This document shows positions 7,157-17,788 of a stretch of 64,000 nt of DNA, piece after piece. The stretch's first letter is position 1; each line of letters opens with the position of its first letter. The DNA lies in assembly GCA_964402615.1 (NCBI GenBank), contig CAYOCW010000001.1:5100-69099 (forward strand). Reading direction: 5' to 3'. A program made the translations under genes and the position numbers. The notes under the pieces were generated by a model. It was given only the letters and a program-made list of their open reading frames with translations, made no database searches and was not told the origin of the DNA. The stretch comes from an uncultured Cyanobium sp. (GTDB taxonomy: Bacteria > Cyanobacteriota > Cyanobacteriia > PCC-6307 > Cyanobiaceae).

Positions 7157-9625
7157 CTACGAGCGCAGCTGGGCCTTGAACTGGCGTTCCAAGGCCTGGC
7201 GCACAGCGTTGTGGGCAGCCTCGACCTCCGCATCGGTGAGGGTGCGCTGGCTGTCGCGGTAGCGCAGGCGAAAGGCCTGGCTGCAGCACCCGGCCGGCAC
7301 CTGCTCGCCGCTGTAGCGATCCACCAGTTCGGCCTGTTCCAGCAATGGCTTGCCGGCCTTGCGGATGGCGCTGAGCAAGGCGGCGGAGCTGGTGCTGGCG
7401 GGAACCAACACCGCCAGATCGCGCTCCGAGGCCGGCACCGTGGGAAACGGAGCAAAGCTGGCCTGCCAGCGGTTGCGGCGGCTGGCCGCGCTGAGGATCG
7501 GCTCCAGGGACAGTTGAAACAGATAGGTGGCATCGGGCAGCTCCAGCGCTGTCGCGCGGGCTGGATGCAACTGGCCGAACCAGCCGACGGGACGTCCCTC
7601 CACCGCCAGCAGCGCCCGGCGTCCTGGATGGAGCAGGGCGGCGCCGGCCTCGGTCTCCTGGCGCGGGACCTCTCGATCCTCGATCGGAATCCGCAGGGGC
7701 TCAAGGGCCGCCTGCAGGATGCCTCGGGCCAGCCAATAGTCCGGGGGAGCGGGCTTGCCGCTGCTGCTCCACAGCTCAGAGCGACGTTCGCCACAGATCA
7801 GCCCCGCTAGCAGCAGCCGCTCCAGCGGCTCAGGTCCGCTGCCAGCCCCAAAGACCCGCCCGATCTCAAAGGCCCAGAAGCCACTCCGCGACGCTTGCAG
7901 GTTGCGACACGCGGCCTGGAGCAGCTCGCTGTGCAGCTCATCGCGCAGATGGCCGTAATCGGCCAACAGCGGATTGGCCAGGGGAAGACGGCCCGGCGCC
8001 TCCGACACCAGCGAAAAACAGCAGACCTCCTGGAGGCCGGCGGCGCAGAGGGAGCGGCGCAGCCGGCGCTCCAGCTGTTGGCTGGGCTCGAGTCCGCCCG
8101 GACCGAGCGGATCCGGCAGGTGGGCCGCAAAGCGGTCGTAGCCCACCAATCGCGCCACCTCCTCGATCAGGTCCACCTCTCGGCAGAGATCCTGCTGCCT
8201 GGAGGGCGGCACGCTGACCCACCAACCCTCGTCGCTGTCGCGGAGTTGGCAACCCAGCGCCGTGAGCGTGCCGGTGATGATCGCGTCCTCCATATCCCGG
8301 GGTTCGCCGTCCACCAGCACCGGCCCCAGCAGCTGGTGCAGGCTGTCGCGGCGCAACGGCACCGGTTCGGCCGGCGGCTGGAGCCGCTGATGCAGCCAGC
8401 GGCCCTGAACCTGCCCCCCGGCCAGCTCGATCAGCAGCTGGACGGCGCGATCGCTGGCGGCCAGGGTGGCCTGGGGGGGCAGGCCCTTTTCAAAGCGGCT
8501 GCTCGCTTCGGTTCGCAGGCCGAGGCTCCGAGCCGACCGCCGCACGGCCTGGGGCGCGAACACCGCAGCCTCCAGCCAAATCGCCGTGGTCGTCTCGCCG
8601 ACCGCTTCCGCCTGGCCTCCCATCACCCCGGCCAGGGCGATCGGCCGGTCGGCATAGGTCACCAGCAGGGCGTTTTCGTCCAGCGTTCTCGCCTGCCCAT
8701 CGAGACTGGTGAAGCGCTCCCCCGGCCGGCCCTGGCGCAGCCCCAGCGACCGGGGGTCGGGGCTGGAGCCGCCGCCCAGCTTCGCCAGGCCCTGCTGGTC
8801 GAAGGCATGCAGGGGCTGGCCAGTCTCGAGCATCACCAGGTTGGTGATGTCGACAATGACATTGATCGGGCGCAGGCCACAGCGCTCCAACCGCCGTTGC
8901 AGCCAGGCCGGTGAGGGCCCGACCCGCAGACCTTCGATCGCGGTGACGCTGAACAGCCCGCCGGATTCGATCGTCGCCAGGTCTGTCGCGGCCAGCTCCA
9001 GCGCCCTGGCGTCGCCGGCGACGGGCGCCGGCGACACCAGGGCGCGACCGCCGCTGAGGGCGGCCACCTCGCGGGCGATGCCCAGCATCGAAAGCCCATC
9101 GGGGCGATTGGCGGTGATCGCCAGCTCCAGCACCTGGTCGTCGAGACCGAAGCTGGGGCCGATCGGGCTGCCAACCGCGGGCAGCGCGGGCAGCAGCTCC
9201 TCCAGCACGGCGATGCCGGCCGAGGTTTCGGCCAGGCCGAGCTCCTGCAGCGAGCAGATCATGCCGGTGCTGGCGACACCGCGCAGCTGGGCGGCTTTGA
9301 TGGTGAGGCCCACCGCCGGCAGGGTGCTGCCCACCAGGGCGACGGGCACGTGGATCCCGGCACGCACATTGGCGGCGCCGCAGACGATCTGCAGCGGGGC
9401 CTCGGCCCCGACATCAACCTGGCAGACCCTGAGTTTGTCGGCATGGGGATGGGGCTGCCGCTCCAACACCCGACCCACCACCACTCCGGCGACCCGGGCG
9501 GCCTGGTCGTCGAGCGCCTCCACCTCGAACCCCGCCAGGGAGAGCCGTTCGGCCAGCACCTCGGCTTCAAGATCGGCGGCGGGTGCCTCAACGAGCTCCC
9601 GAAGCCATTGGAGCGAGACGCGCAT
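7157..9625 (-). CDS. pheT: phenylalanine--tRNA ligase beta subunit
   Basis: MRVSLQWLRELV, IVCGAANV, ITANRPDGLS, GQPLHAFD, EVDLIEEVARLVGYD, C-terminal FDX-ACB domain. Confidence 0.97.
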   Translation of the reverse strand: MRVSLQWLRELVEAPAADLEAEVLAERLSLAGFEVEALDDQAARVAGVVVGRVLERQPHPHADKLRVCQVDVGAEAPLQIVCGAANVRAGIHVPVALVGSTLPAVGLTIKAAQLRGVASTGMICSLQELGLAETSAGIAVLEELLPALPAVGSPIGPSFGLDDQVLELAITANRPDGLSMLGIAREVAALSGGRALVSPAPVAGDARALELAATDLATIESGGLFSVTAIEGLRVGPSPAWLQRRLERCGLRPINVIVDITNLVMLETGQPLHAFDQQGLAKLGGGSSPDPRSLGLRQGRPGERFTSLDGQARTLDENALLVTYADRPIALAGVMGGQAEAVGETTTAIWLEAAVFAPQAVRRSARSLGLRTEASSRFEKGLPPQATLAASDRAVQLLIELAGGQVQGRWLHQRLQPPAEPVPLRRDSLHQLLGPVLVDGEPRDMEDAIITGTLTALGCQLRDSDEGWWVSVPPSRQQDLCREVDLIEEVARLVGYDRFAAHLPDPLGPGGLEPSQQLERRLRRSLCAAGLQEVCCFSLVSEAPGRLPLANPLLADYGHLRDELHSELLQAACRNLQASRSGFWAFEIGRVFGAGSGPEPLERLLLAGLICGERRSELWSSSGKPAPPDYWLARGILQAALEPLRIPIEDREVPRQETEAGAALLHPGRRALLAVEGRPVGWFGQLHPARATALELPDATYLFQLSLEPILSAASRRNRWQASFAPFPTVPASERDLAVLVPASTSSAALLSAIRKAGKPLLEQAELVDRYSGEQVPAGCCSQAFRLRYRDSQRTLTDAEVEAAHNAVRQALERQFKAQLRS

Positions 9626-9754
9626 CAGACGTCAGGACGGCAGCGCTGGATCCTAGGGATCGGCCCGAACGCAGCCCAGAACTGATCCGGTCGGGCCACA
9701 GGGTAAGGTTTGCAATTGTCATCTCGCATCGCACAAGCGGCGCAACGCTCTTCC

Positions 9755-9949
9755 ATGGCCAAAAACAAGGGCGTCCGGCTCGTGATCACCCTCGAGTGCA
9801 CCGAATGCCGGTCCAACCCCGCCAAGCGGTCTCCTGGCGTGTCTCGCTACACCACCCAGAAGAACCGTCGCAACACCACCGAGCGGCTGGAGCTCAAGAA
9901 GTTCTGTCCCCACTGCAATTCAGCCACGGTTCACAAGGAGATCAAGTGA
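9755..9949 (+). CDS. rpmG: 50S ribosomal protein L33
   Basis: [18 protein letters not shown]...[24 protein letters not shown] (Zn-ribbon form). Confidence 0.97.
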   Translation: MAKNKGVRLVITLECTECRSNPAKRSPGVSRYTTQKNRRNTTERLELKKFCPHCNSATVHKEIK

Positions 9950-10074
9950 GGCGACGCTCGCGCGACCTCACCGCTGACCTGCCTGACGACCATGCGAACG
10001 CCTGCGTCACGGTCCATCCCCGTCCGACCGGCGCGGCCGTCGCTCCGCCCCCAGCCCTCTGATCCAGCCGCCCC

Positions 10075-10296
10075 ATGTCCAGTTCGTTTTTCAAGAAGCG
10101 TCTGTCGCCCATCAAGCCCGGCGACCCGATCGATTACAAGGACATCGATCTGCTCAAGAAGTTCATCACCGAGCGCGGCAAGATCCTGCCCCGACGCCTC
10201 ACCGGGCTCACCGCCAAACAGCAGCGGGATCTGACCACCGCCGTCAAGCGCGCCAGAATCGTGGCGCTGCTGCCATTCGTGAACCCTGAAGGCTGA
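10075..10296 (+). CDS. rpsR: 30S ribosomal protein S18
   Basis: [33 protein letters not shown]. Confidence 0.98.
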   Translation: MSSSFFKKRLSPIKPGDPIDYKDIDLLKKFITERGKILPRRLTGLTAKQQRDLTTAVKRARIVALLPFVNPEG

Positions 10297-10297
10297 G

Positions 10298-12334
10298 TTG
10301 CACCCCGCGGCTCCCCGCGCGCTCCAACCCTCCGACCTGGTGGGGCTGATCGAGGCCGGCCAGCCCCAACTGGCCGTGATTCAGGCCATCAAAGGCAGCC
10401 GCGCCGATCTGCTCGTGGGCAGTCAGGCCAAGCCGTTGCAACGCCCCCTGCGACAGCTCGACAGCATCGCCTGCGGACCCGACCCCCAGTCCCCCGCTCG
10501 GGGCATTCTGCAGCCACCCTGGTGTTTGGACCGGGCCCAGCTGGAAGCCTGGACGCCGCCCCGGCGCGATGTTGGCGCCGCCTGGATCCTGTTGGCGGAC
10601 CAGCCGGACCCCCTGAGCCTTGCCGATTTCTGCGATTTGCTGGGCGGGGCGGACGAGCCGTCAGCCCGCTGCGCCTGCTGGTTCTGGTTGCAGGGACCCC
10701 AGACCCTGTTCCGCTGGCGCCAGGGGCGGGTGGAGGCGCGCAGCTTGGCGGATCTGCGCTTGCTGCGGCGGGATCGCTACCGCCAGCTGCTGCAGGACCG
10801 TCAGCAGCAGCACTGGCAGGAGGCGCTGCGGCGCCGCCAGCCGCTGGATGCCCGTCAGCTGTCTGCCGCTCAGCAGCAGGAGTTGGCCCTGTTGCGGCAA
10901 TGGGCCTGCGGCGAGACAGCCTCGCCGCTGCCCCTCACCCTGCGCCGCGCTCTGCAGGGGTGCCATTGCGAGGCCGAGTCGGGAGCGATCCGCCACCTGC
11001 TGGTAGACCTGGGCCAGTGGTCGGCCCATCAGCTGCCAGCCCTCGAGAATTCTCTGTGGCGGGATGGCTTCTCGGCCGAACTCGAGGCCGAAGCCCAGCG
11101 GCTTGCCAGCCTGGCCGAGCAGGAATGGCCCGGCGATGCCCGGCGCCAGGACCTCTGCCACCTGCGCAGCGTCACCATCGACGATGAGGACACCCGCGAC
11201 ATCGACGACGGACTGGCCCTGGAGCGGGTTGAAGGCCGGGAGCGGCTCTGGATTCATGTGGCCGACCCCGGTCGCCTGATCGCTCCGGACACGCCCCTCG
11301 ATCGGGAAGCCCGGCGCCGCGCCAGCAGCCTCTATCTGGCTCAAGGCAGCCTGCCGATGCTGCCCACCCTGCTGGGCGAGCAGGTGTTCAGCCTGAGGCA
11401 GGGCCAACGCTGTGCTGCCTGGAGCCTCTGGGTGGAGCTGGACGACGAGGGGGCGGTCGCCAACCACGGCCTGACCCGCAGCTGGGTGCGTCCCGTCTAC
11501 CGGCTGTCCTATGCCGATGCCGATGAGCTGCTCGAGCTGGCGCCGCCGCAGGAGGATCTGCCCACCGTTCAGGCGCTGCTGACGCGCCGCCGCGCTTGGC
11601 GTCTGGCCCGTGGCGCCCTGCAACTCGATCAGCCCGAAGGGCGCATCCGCGCCCGCGGCGATCGCGCCGAACTGACGATCACGGAGCCCTCGCCATCGCG
11701 CCTGCTCGTCGCTGAAGCCATGATCTTGGCCGGGGCGGTGATCGCCGGCTTGGGCGAGCAGCTGCAGCTGGCCCTGCCCTACCGCAGCCAACCGCCGGCC
11801 GAGTTGCCCAGCGACGCGGAACTGGCCCTGCTGCCACCGGGGCCGGTGCGCCATGCGGCCGTGCGACGCTGCCTCAGCCGAGGCCATCTCGGCAGTTCCC
11901 CGGCAGCGCACTTCAGCCTCGGGCTGCCGGCCTACGTGCAGGCCACCTCACCGATCCGCCGCTACGGCGACCTGGTGGTGCAACGCCAGCTGGCGGCTCT
12001 TCAGGACGGCAGCGCACCCCTGCCGGCGGAGGCGCTCGACACGCTGCTGGCGGAATTGGAGCCCTCCTTGCGGGAGGGAGTGGCGATCAGCCGGGATGAT
12101 CAGCGCCACTGGCAGCAGGTCTGGTTCGCCCAGGAGCAGCGACCGGAATGGCGCGGCTGCTTCCTGCGCTGGCTGCGGCCCCAGGATCAGCTGGGCCTGG
12201 TGCATCTGGAGGAGTTGGCCATGGATCTGCCGGCCCAATGCCCGCCGCGCAGCCAACCGGGCGAGGCGCTGCTGCTGCGGATCCTGCAGGTGGATCCGCT
12301 GCGCGATCTGCTCCGGTTGCAGGCGGTCGCCTGA
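10298..12334 (+). CDS. rnb: ribonuclease II/R (RNB domain)
   Basis: TIDDEDTRDIDDGL, WIHVADP, HFSLGLPAYVQATSPIRRYGDL. Confidence 0.9.
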   Translation: MHPAAPRALQPSDLVGLIEAGQPQLAVIQAIKGSRADLLVGSQAKPLQRPLRQLDSIACGPDPQSPARGILQPPWCLDRAQLEAWTPPRRDVGAAWILLADQPDPLSLADFCDLLGGADEPSARCACWFWLQGPQTLFRWRQGRVEARSLADLRLLRRDRYRQLLQDRQQQHWQEALRRRQPLDARQLSAAQQQELALLRQWACGETASPLPLTLRRALQGCHCEAESGAIRHLLVDLGQWSAHQLPALENSLWRDGFSAELEAEAQRLASLAEQEWPGDARRQDLCHLRSVTIDDEDTRDIDDGLALERVEGRERLWIHVADPGRLIAPDTPLDREARRRASSLYLAQGSLPMLPTLLGEQVFSLRQGQRCAAWSLWVELDDEGAVANHGLTRSWVRPVYRLSYADADELLELAPPQEDLPTVQALLTRRRAWRLARGALQLDQPEGRIRARGDRAELTITEPSPSRLLVAEAMILAGAVIAGLGEQLQLALPYRSQPPAELPSDAELALLPPGPVRHAAVRRCLSRGHLGSSPAAHFSLGLPAYVQATSPIRRYGDLVVQRQLAALQDGSAPLPAEALDTLLAELEPSLREGVAISRDDQRHWQQVWFAQEQRPEWRGCFLRWLRPQDQLGLVHLEELAMDLPAQCPPRSQPGEALLLRILQVDPLRDLLRLQAVA

Positions 12335-12373
12335 AGCGGGAGCCAACCGCCTCCACTGCGGCGCCAGCTGGAT

Positions 12374-14194
12374 TCAGTCCGCCAAGCGCGAGACCCGCAG
12401 CCACGGGCCCCAGGGATTGGCGCAACCGATCAACCGCACCGTTCCTTCCCCCCCCGACCGCTGGGCCAGCCAGCGGTTGAGCGCCGGCTCCAGGGTGATC
12501 AGCGGCCAGGGCTCGCCGCCCAGTCCCCGGGGACCGTCGAGGCGATAGCTGCCGTCCTCCAGGCAGCGCAACGCCCCCTCCCACAGCCTTTCGCCGGGTT
12601 CCGCCGGTGCGAGGTGGGGATCCAGCGCCAGGGCGTTGAGCTCAGCGTGGCGATCCAGGGCCGCCGGGTCGTTCAGCAGCCGCAGCTGCCGCTGTTGCCA
12701 CTGCGGGTGATGCCAGGGCGTGTCCCAAAGGGGGAAGGGTGCGGCTGGGGCATGGGGATCGCGGATCAGGGCCTCTTGCAGCCGCTGGGGCGGCAATTCC
12801 GACGGCTCCAGATTGCTCTGCAGGCAGAGGGCCGCCGCTTGGCCCGCCGCCTGGCCGATGTTGAGCACGAGCGGTTGCAGCCGCGTGGCGCCGTTGGCGA
12901 TGTGGCTGACGCTCAGGCATTTGTCAGCGACCAGCAGGTTGCTGACGCTGGCGTTCACCAGGGCGCCGTAGGGCACCACGAATGGCGTGCCAGTCCAGCG
13001 CCCCCCCCAGCGGCAGCTTTTGGCGGCCAGCGGCCAATCGGGGCCGGGGTAATGGTGGTCGTTGGCATAATTTCCCACCGCCACGGCACTGCAGAACCCC
13101 GCCGCGTCGATCGGCAGGGGCCCCCGGCAGGCACCCTCCGCCAGCGGCAGCAGATCCTGCTCCACAACCCGAGCCAACCCCACCGAGCGCCGGCCTTCCC
13201 GCCAGTAGGGCATCAGGGCCAGAGCCTCCCGTCCCTCCAGGGACCCGGCTGCGGCCTCGGCGCTGTCGGGGAACAGGGCGGCCGGTTGCAACCAGCCGTC
13301 GCTGGCCTCCTGCAGCGCTGCAGCGAAGGCGAGGCTGTGGGCGCGCATGGCCGCGTTCAAGGCCCGCCGGTCGGCGGCATCCGCGCTGAAGGAGCGCTCC
13401 AGCCCCTGGTGCCAGTCATTGCCGTGCAGGGGCCAGTTGAGCATCACCAGGTCGCCGGGCAGTCGGCCGTAGCTGAGGGTGCGCGCCAAGCCAAACCGTT
13501 GCGTCGCCTGCGTGAAGGGGGCCGGCAGGGGCTGGCTGGAGCGCCCGGTCGCCGCTGCTGTCGCGCTCAGCCGTCCCATCACCACCCAGGTGGGGGATTG
13601 CACGGGCTGTTGCCGGAAGAACGGCTCGCGAGCCATGGCGGCAGCGGGCGGAGCGCTGGGCTCGCCCGTCTGCTCCTGCGCTTCCCAGCCCAGGTCGTAG
13701 GCGGCCTCCGCCAAGGGCAACAGATCGCCGCGGTCGCTGCCATCGATCACCAGCGTCGCCCGCAGCTGGTGGTGTTCACCGTTGTGCTCCACCTCCACGG
13801 CCGCGATGCGTTGGCCGTCGCGCCGCACCTGCAGCAGCCGGCAACAGGGCCACCAGCGCAGGCGGGATTCCTGCGCCAACCAGCGCCGCAGGATCCGCTC
13901 GGCGCTGGCGGGGCGATAGCCGAAACAGCTGACCCAGTTGTGATCCAACCCCTGCGGTTCCTCGCTGGCAAGGGCACGCAGCAACGCTCCCCAGAGGCCG
14001 GTTTGCCAAGGCGTGAGCTCATTGCCGTCGGGGGCGCAGACGCCGGCGGCGCTGACCATGCCGCCCAGCCAGGCGCCCGGCGTCAACAGCAGGGTGGTGG
14101 CACCGGCGCGGGCGGCCTGGAGGGCCGCCGCAATGCCGCCGCTGCCGCCACCCCAGACCAGCACGCCCGGATCGGTCTGCAGAGCAGGAGTCAT
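12374..14194 (-). CDS. FAD-dependent oxidoreductase
   Basis: VLVWGGGSGGIAAALQAAR Rossmann motif, IDGSDRGDL, PYWREGRR, SHIANGATRLQP; start 14194 or 14245. Confidence 0.85.
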   Translation of the reverse strand: MTPALQTDPGVLVWGGGSGGIAAALQAARAGATTLLLTPGAWLGGMVSAAGVCAPDGNELTPWQTGLWGALLRALASEEPQGLDHNWVSCFGYRPASAERILRRWLAQESRLRWWPCCRLLQVRRDGQRIAAVEVEHNGEHHQLRATLVIDGSDRGDLLPLAEAAYDLGWEAQEQTGEPSAPPAAAMAREPFFRQQPVQSPTWVVMGRLSATAAATGRSSQPLPAPFTQATQRFGLARTLSYGRLPGDLVMLNWPLHGNDWHQGLERSFSADAADRRALNAAMRAHSLAFAAALQEASDGWLQPAALFPDSAEAAAGSLEGREALALMPYWREGRRSVGLARVVEQDLLPLAEGACRGPLPIDAAGFCSAVAVGNYANDHHYPGPDWPLAAKSCRWGGRWTGTPFVVPYGALVNASVSNLLVADKCLSVSHIANGATRLQPLVLNIGQAAGQAAALCLQSNLEPSELPPQRLQEALIRDPHAPAAPFPLWDTPWHHPQWQQRQLRLLNDPAALDRHAELNALALDPHLAPAEPGERLWEGALRCLEDGSYRLDGPRGLGGEPWPLITLEPALNRWLAQRSGGEGTVRLIGCANPWGPWLRVSRLAD

Positions 14195-14353
14195 GGCCGC
14201 AGGCGTCTGCCTCCAGGATCGCTCCTGAACCCGCCGAGCCGCCATGGCAGGGGCTCCATGGCGTTGGCCTCGATCGGACCCCGTGGTGGTGCTGGGTAGG
14301 ATCCGGCAACCACAGGTTCAGATGGCGGCGCCACCCGCATCACCCCAGCGCCG

Positions 14354-15910
14354 ATGACCTATACCCTCACAACTCCGCTCTACTACGTCAACGACCGCGC
14401 CCACCTGGGCAGCACCTACACCACCCTGGCTTGCGACGCGATCGCCCGCTACCACCGCCTTGGTGGTGATTCGGTTGTGTTCATCACCGGCTGCGACGAA
14501 CATGGACTCAAGATCCAACGCACGGCGGCAGCAGCCGGCCGCACGCCTCAGCATCATTGTGACGAGATCAGCCAGGGCTACCGCGATCTCTGGCAAAGCT
14601 GGGGCATCAGTCACGATCGCTTCATCCGCACCACCGATCCGCGGCATCGCTGCATCGTGGAGCAGTTCTTTGCCCGGGTGGAACGCAATGGGGATATTCG
14701 GGAAGGTCGTCAGCAGGGTTGGTACTGTGTGGCCTGTGAAGAGTTTAAGGATGATCCCCACGAAAGCATTGATCCGCAATGCCCGATTCATCGGCGTCCG
14801 TTGGAGTGGCGTGATGAGATGAATCTTTTCTTCCGGCTGTCACGCTACCAGGAGCCCATCGCCCGCCTGGTTGAAGATCCCCATTTCATCCGGCCAAACT
14901 CAAGACAACGTGAGGTGCAAAACTTCGTCGCATCAGGTCTCAAGGATTTTTCGATCTCCCGCCTCGATCTACCCTGGGGAATCCCCGTGCCTGGCCATGA
15001 AGGCCATACATTTTACGTCTGGTTTGATGCCCTTCTAGGCTACATCACCGCCCTGCTGGAACCCGACGACCCAGTCGATCTCGAGGTTGCCGTGCAGCGG
15101 GGCTGGCCGGCGTCCTTGCACGTGATTGGCAAGGATATTCTGCGTTTTCATGCCGTATTCTGGCCCGCCATGCTGATGTCCGCGGGCTTGGAACCACCGC
15201 GCCAGGTCTTCGGGCACGGCTTTTTGACGCGTGAAGGCCAGAAGATGGGCAAATCGTTGGGCAATGTGCTCGATCCTGAAGTCTTGCTCAACCGCTGCGG
15301 AGCCGACAGTCTGCGTTGGTACCTGCTGCGCGATATTCATTTTGGTGATGATGGCGACTTCCAGCAGCAGCGATTTTGCGATCTGGTCAATAATGATTTG
15401 GCCAACACCATCGGTAACCTCTTGAATCGAACCAGCGCCATGGCTCGTCGCTGGTTCGACGGAGCGGTTCCGCCCGCGGCGCTGGATCACCACCCCCTCG
15501 CTCACGCCTGCGCTGCCGCCGACCGGGCGTTCACGCTCGCGATGGACCAGCTCGATTTCCGCAAGGCCTCCGAATCCTTGCTGCAGTTGGCGGCAACCGC
15601 CAATGGCCACCTCAACGACCGGGCGCCGTGGAAGCGTTTCAAGCTGGAAGGCCCCTCCGCAGAGGTGGCTGACGATTTGTACTCCGTGCTCGACACCTGC
15701 CGCTGGCTGGCCGTGTTGCTCACCCCTCTGCTGCCGGATCTGGCGGGCCGCATGCTGGAGCAACTGGGCCAACCGGCCCTGGACAGCGGCGCTGGCGCCG
15801 AGTCCCAAGCTTGGCTTGAGCAACGCCACTGGGGGCGGCTGCTCGCGGGCGCCGCGCTGCCGGAACCCAGTCCGGTGATGCAGAGGCTGGAACTGGATTC
15901 GCCGCTATGA
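14354..15910 (+). CDS. metG: methionine--tRNA ligase
   Basis: TTPLYYVNDRAHLGS, GCDEHG, YVWFDALLGY, GKDILRFH, KMGKS. Confidence 0.97.
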   Translation: MTYTLTTPLYYVNDRAHLGSTYTTLACDAIARYHRLGGDSVVFITGCDEHGLKIQRTAAAAGRTPQHHCDEISQGYRDLWQSWGISHDRFIRTTDPRHRCIVEQFFARVERNGDIREGRQQGWYCVACEEFKDDPHESIDPQCPIHRRPLEWRDEMNLFFRLSRYQEPIARLVEDPHFIRPNSRQREVQNFVASGLKDFSISRLDLPWGIPVPGHEGHTFYVWFDALLGYITALLEPDDPVDLEVAVQRGWPASLHVIGKDILRFHAVFWPAMLMSAGLEPPRQVFGHGFLTREGQKMGKSLGNVLDPEVLLNRCGADSLRWYLLRDIHFGDDGDFQQQRFCDLVNNDLANTIGNLLNRTSAMARRWFDGAVPPAALDHHPLAHACAAADRAFTLAMDQLDFRKASESLLQLAATANGHLNDRAPWKRFKLEGPSAEVADDLYSVLDTCRWLAVLLTPLLPDLAGRMLEQLGQPALDSGAGAESQAWLEQRHWGRLLAGAALPEPSPVMQRLELDSPL

Positions 15911-17094
15911 ACCAAGCGCTCCGGGGCGTTGGGATCGTCTTGGCCGGGGCGTTGCTCCTGGCAGGCTGTCAACGGCGAACCCCAAGTGATCGGGAGGCGA
16001 GCGCTCCACCCTTCGTGTTCCGCGCCCTCGATCTGCGCCAGCAGGATGCCCAAGGGCGGCGACTGTGGGAGATCAGCAGCTCGCAAGCTCGCTACGACCT
16101 GCGCCGCAAGCTGGCCCATGCCACCGATTTGCGCGGCACGATTTACCTGCAGGGCCAACCGCGCTACCGCGTGCTGGCGAGCAACGGGGTGGTGATCAAC
16201 GATGGCGAAGTGGTGCAGTTGGAAGGCACCATCCGCCTGGAGCAGATCGACGATCCGCCAGCCCTGATCACCGCGGCGCGGGTCCGTTGGCTGCCAGCGC
16301 GGCAGGTGATGGAACTGGATCGCTCCCCCCGCGCCTTCAACGACCACTTCAGCATCCGCGGTCGCACCGCTCGGTTCGACTTTGACCAGGAACGGCTCGT
16401 GTTGCGCGGTCAGCCCACCCTGCGCGGCTGGTCCCAACCGTTCAACCCGCTGCGCCGCTTGCCCCAGGGCCCCCCCGAACTGACGGTGCATGTCCGCGAG
16501 GTGGTCTGGTATCCCCGCAGCGGACGCCTGCTGGCCGATGGCCCCATCGCGGCGCGGCGAGAGGCGCCAGCGACCAGGAGGACGGTGCAGCCGCTTGCCC
16601 CACAGCGCCCCAGCGCTCCACTGCTGCCGGAGGGTGATGGAACCCTGCGGCTCAGCGCCGGACGCCTGGAGGGGAACACCACCGCCCAGACCTTCCAACT
16701 GCTGGCGCCGTTGCGGTTGCTGGAGCCGCGCCAGAACACCACCCTGCTGGCTCCCGGTCTCAGCGTTGACCTGCGGCAACAGCTGGCCACCACCTTGGAG
16801 GGACCGCAGGGTTGTCGCATTGTGCGGGCGCAGGACACGCTCCAGGCCCAGCGCTGCCAGTGGAACTGGGGTCGGCAAACCGCTTGGGCCGAGGGGGATG
16901 TGGTTCTGAACCGCCGCGACCACGACCAGAGCAGCCAGGCCGGTCGGCTGGAGGCGCGACTCGGACCAGCCGGCGCCTTGGTGCTGACGGCACCAGGCTC
17001 CAGGGTGATCAGCCGGTTCCGGGTTCCCCTGCCCGCGGAGCCGCCTCGGCCGGCTCCGTCCGCCCGTCAAGAACCGGAGCCCATTCGTCTGTGA
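15907..17094 (+). CDS. lptC: LPS export periplasmic protein LptC-like lipoprotein
   Basis: Lipobox LLAGC, PPFVFRALDLRQ...LWEISS; beta-rich repeats; 4-nt overlap with metG. Confidence 0.7.
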   Translation: MNQALRGVGIVLAGALLLAGCQRRTPSDREASAPPFVFRALDLRQQDAQGRRLWEISSSQARYDLRRKLAHATDLRGTIYLQGQPRYRVLASNGVVINDGEVVQLEGTIRLEQIDDPPALITAARVRWLPARQVMELDRSPRAFNDHFSIRGRTARFDFDQERLVLRGQPTLRGWSQPFNPLRRLPQGPPELTVHVREVVWYPRSGRLLADGPIAARREAPATRRTVQPLAPQRPSAPLLPEGDGTLRLSAGRLEGNTTAQTFQLLAPLRLLEPRQNTTLLAPGLSVDLRQQLATTLEGPQGCRIVRAQDTLQAQRCQWNWGRQTAWAEGDVVLNRRDHDQSSQAGRLEARLGPAGALVLTAPGSRVISRFRVPLPAEPPRPAPSARQEPEPIRL

Positions 17095-17704
17095 GCCGTC
17101 GGGCCCATCCCTCAACCCAGGCCAGGTCGCTGCGACGAAAACAGCGCGCCGACCATCCCCCCAGCAGCAGCAGCCCCGAGCCGCCCAAGGGCTGCACCAG
17201 CACCGAAGGCAGACCGGGGAGCAGGTCGTCGAACTCAGCCCGTCCCGGATAGAGCGAGAGATCCACAAGGGAGATGGCCCGCTGCCGCTCCAGGCATTGG
17301 GCACAGATCGGCCCGGGTTGAAACGGGCTGGGCGCCAGCAGGCCGCGACGCAGCAGGGTCACGCCGCGCCACTGCAGCAGCACCACCGCAGCGGGGGTGG
17401 CGGTCAGCAGCATCGCGCTGCCCCAGCCCAGCTCCCGCCGCAGGGGTTCCGGCAGGTCCTCCGCCAACGCCAAGCCCTCCGCTCCCGCCAGCGGCGCCCT
17501 CGCCGCGGCGACCGGTTCGATGCGACTCCAGAGGGCACCCGCCAGCATCAACAGCACCGCCAGGAGTCCCGCCAGCACGCCGGAGCGTTGAAAGGCAGGA
17601 ATCAGCAGGGTCCCGGCCGGGGCGGTGATCTGGTTCAGCACCGTCAGGACCAGGGCCAGGGCGCCGCTGAACAGGGCGAGACGGGCGGGTGGGGAGAGGG
17701 TCAT
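17009..17704 (-). CDS. cofactor assembly of complex C subunit B (CCB2/CCB4-like)
   Basis: Two TM segments, ELGWGSAMLLTATPAA, SLVDLSLYPGRAEF, GWSARCF. Confidence 0.75.
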   Translation of the reverse strand: MTLSPPARLALFSGALALVLTVLNQITAPAGTLLIPAFQRSGVLAGLLAVLLMLAGALWSRIEPVAAARAPLAGAEGLALAEDLPEPLRRELGWGSAMLLTATPAAVVLLQWRGVTLLRRGLLAPSPFQPGPICAQCLERQRAISLVDLSLYPGRAEFDDLLPGLPSVLVQPLGGSGLLLLGGWSARCFRRSDLAWVEGWARRLTDEWAPVLDGRTEPAEAAPRAGEPGTG

Positions 17705-17788
17705 GCGGCCGCAGCAGTGACGATCACTGGCAGCCAGGCTGACGGATCGGTGCGAGGTTGCTGCAATGGAGTCCGTTGGATCGTGGTG

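Noticed and set aside
5591-17304. Long antisense ORFs (5591-7108, 10661-11911, 12614-14299, 15502-17304; likewise 47795-49411, 57369-58676, 59084-60622)
   Set aside because: Shadow frames of well-identified genes, caused by stop-codon scarcity at high GC.
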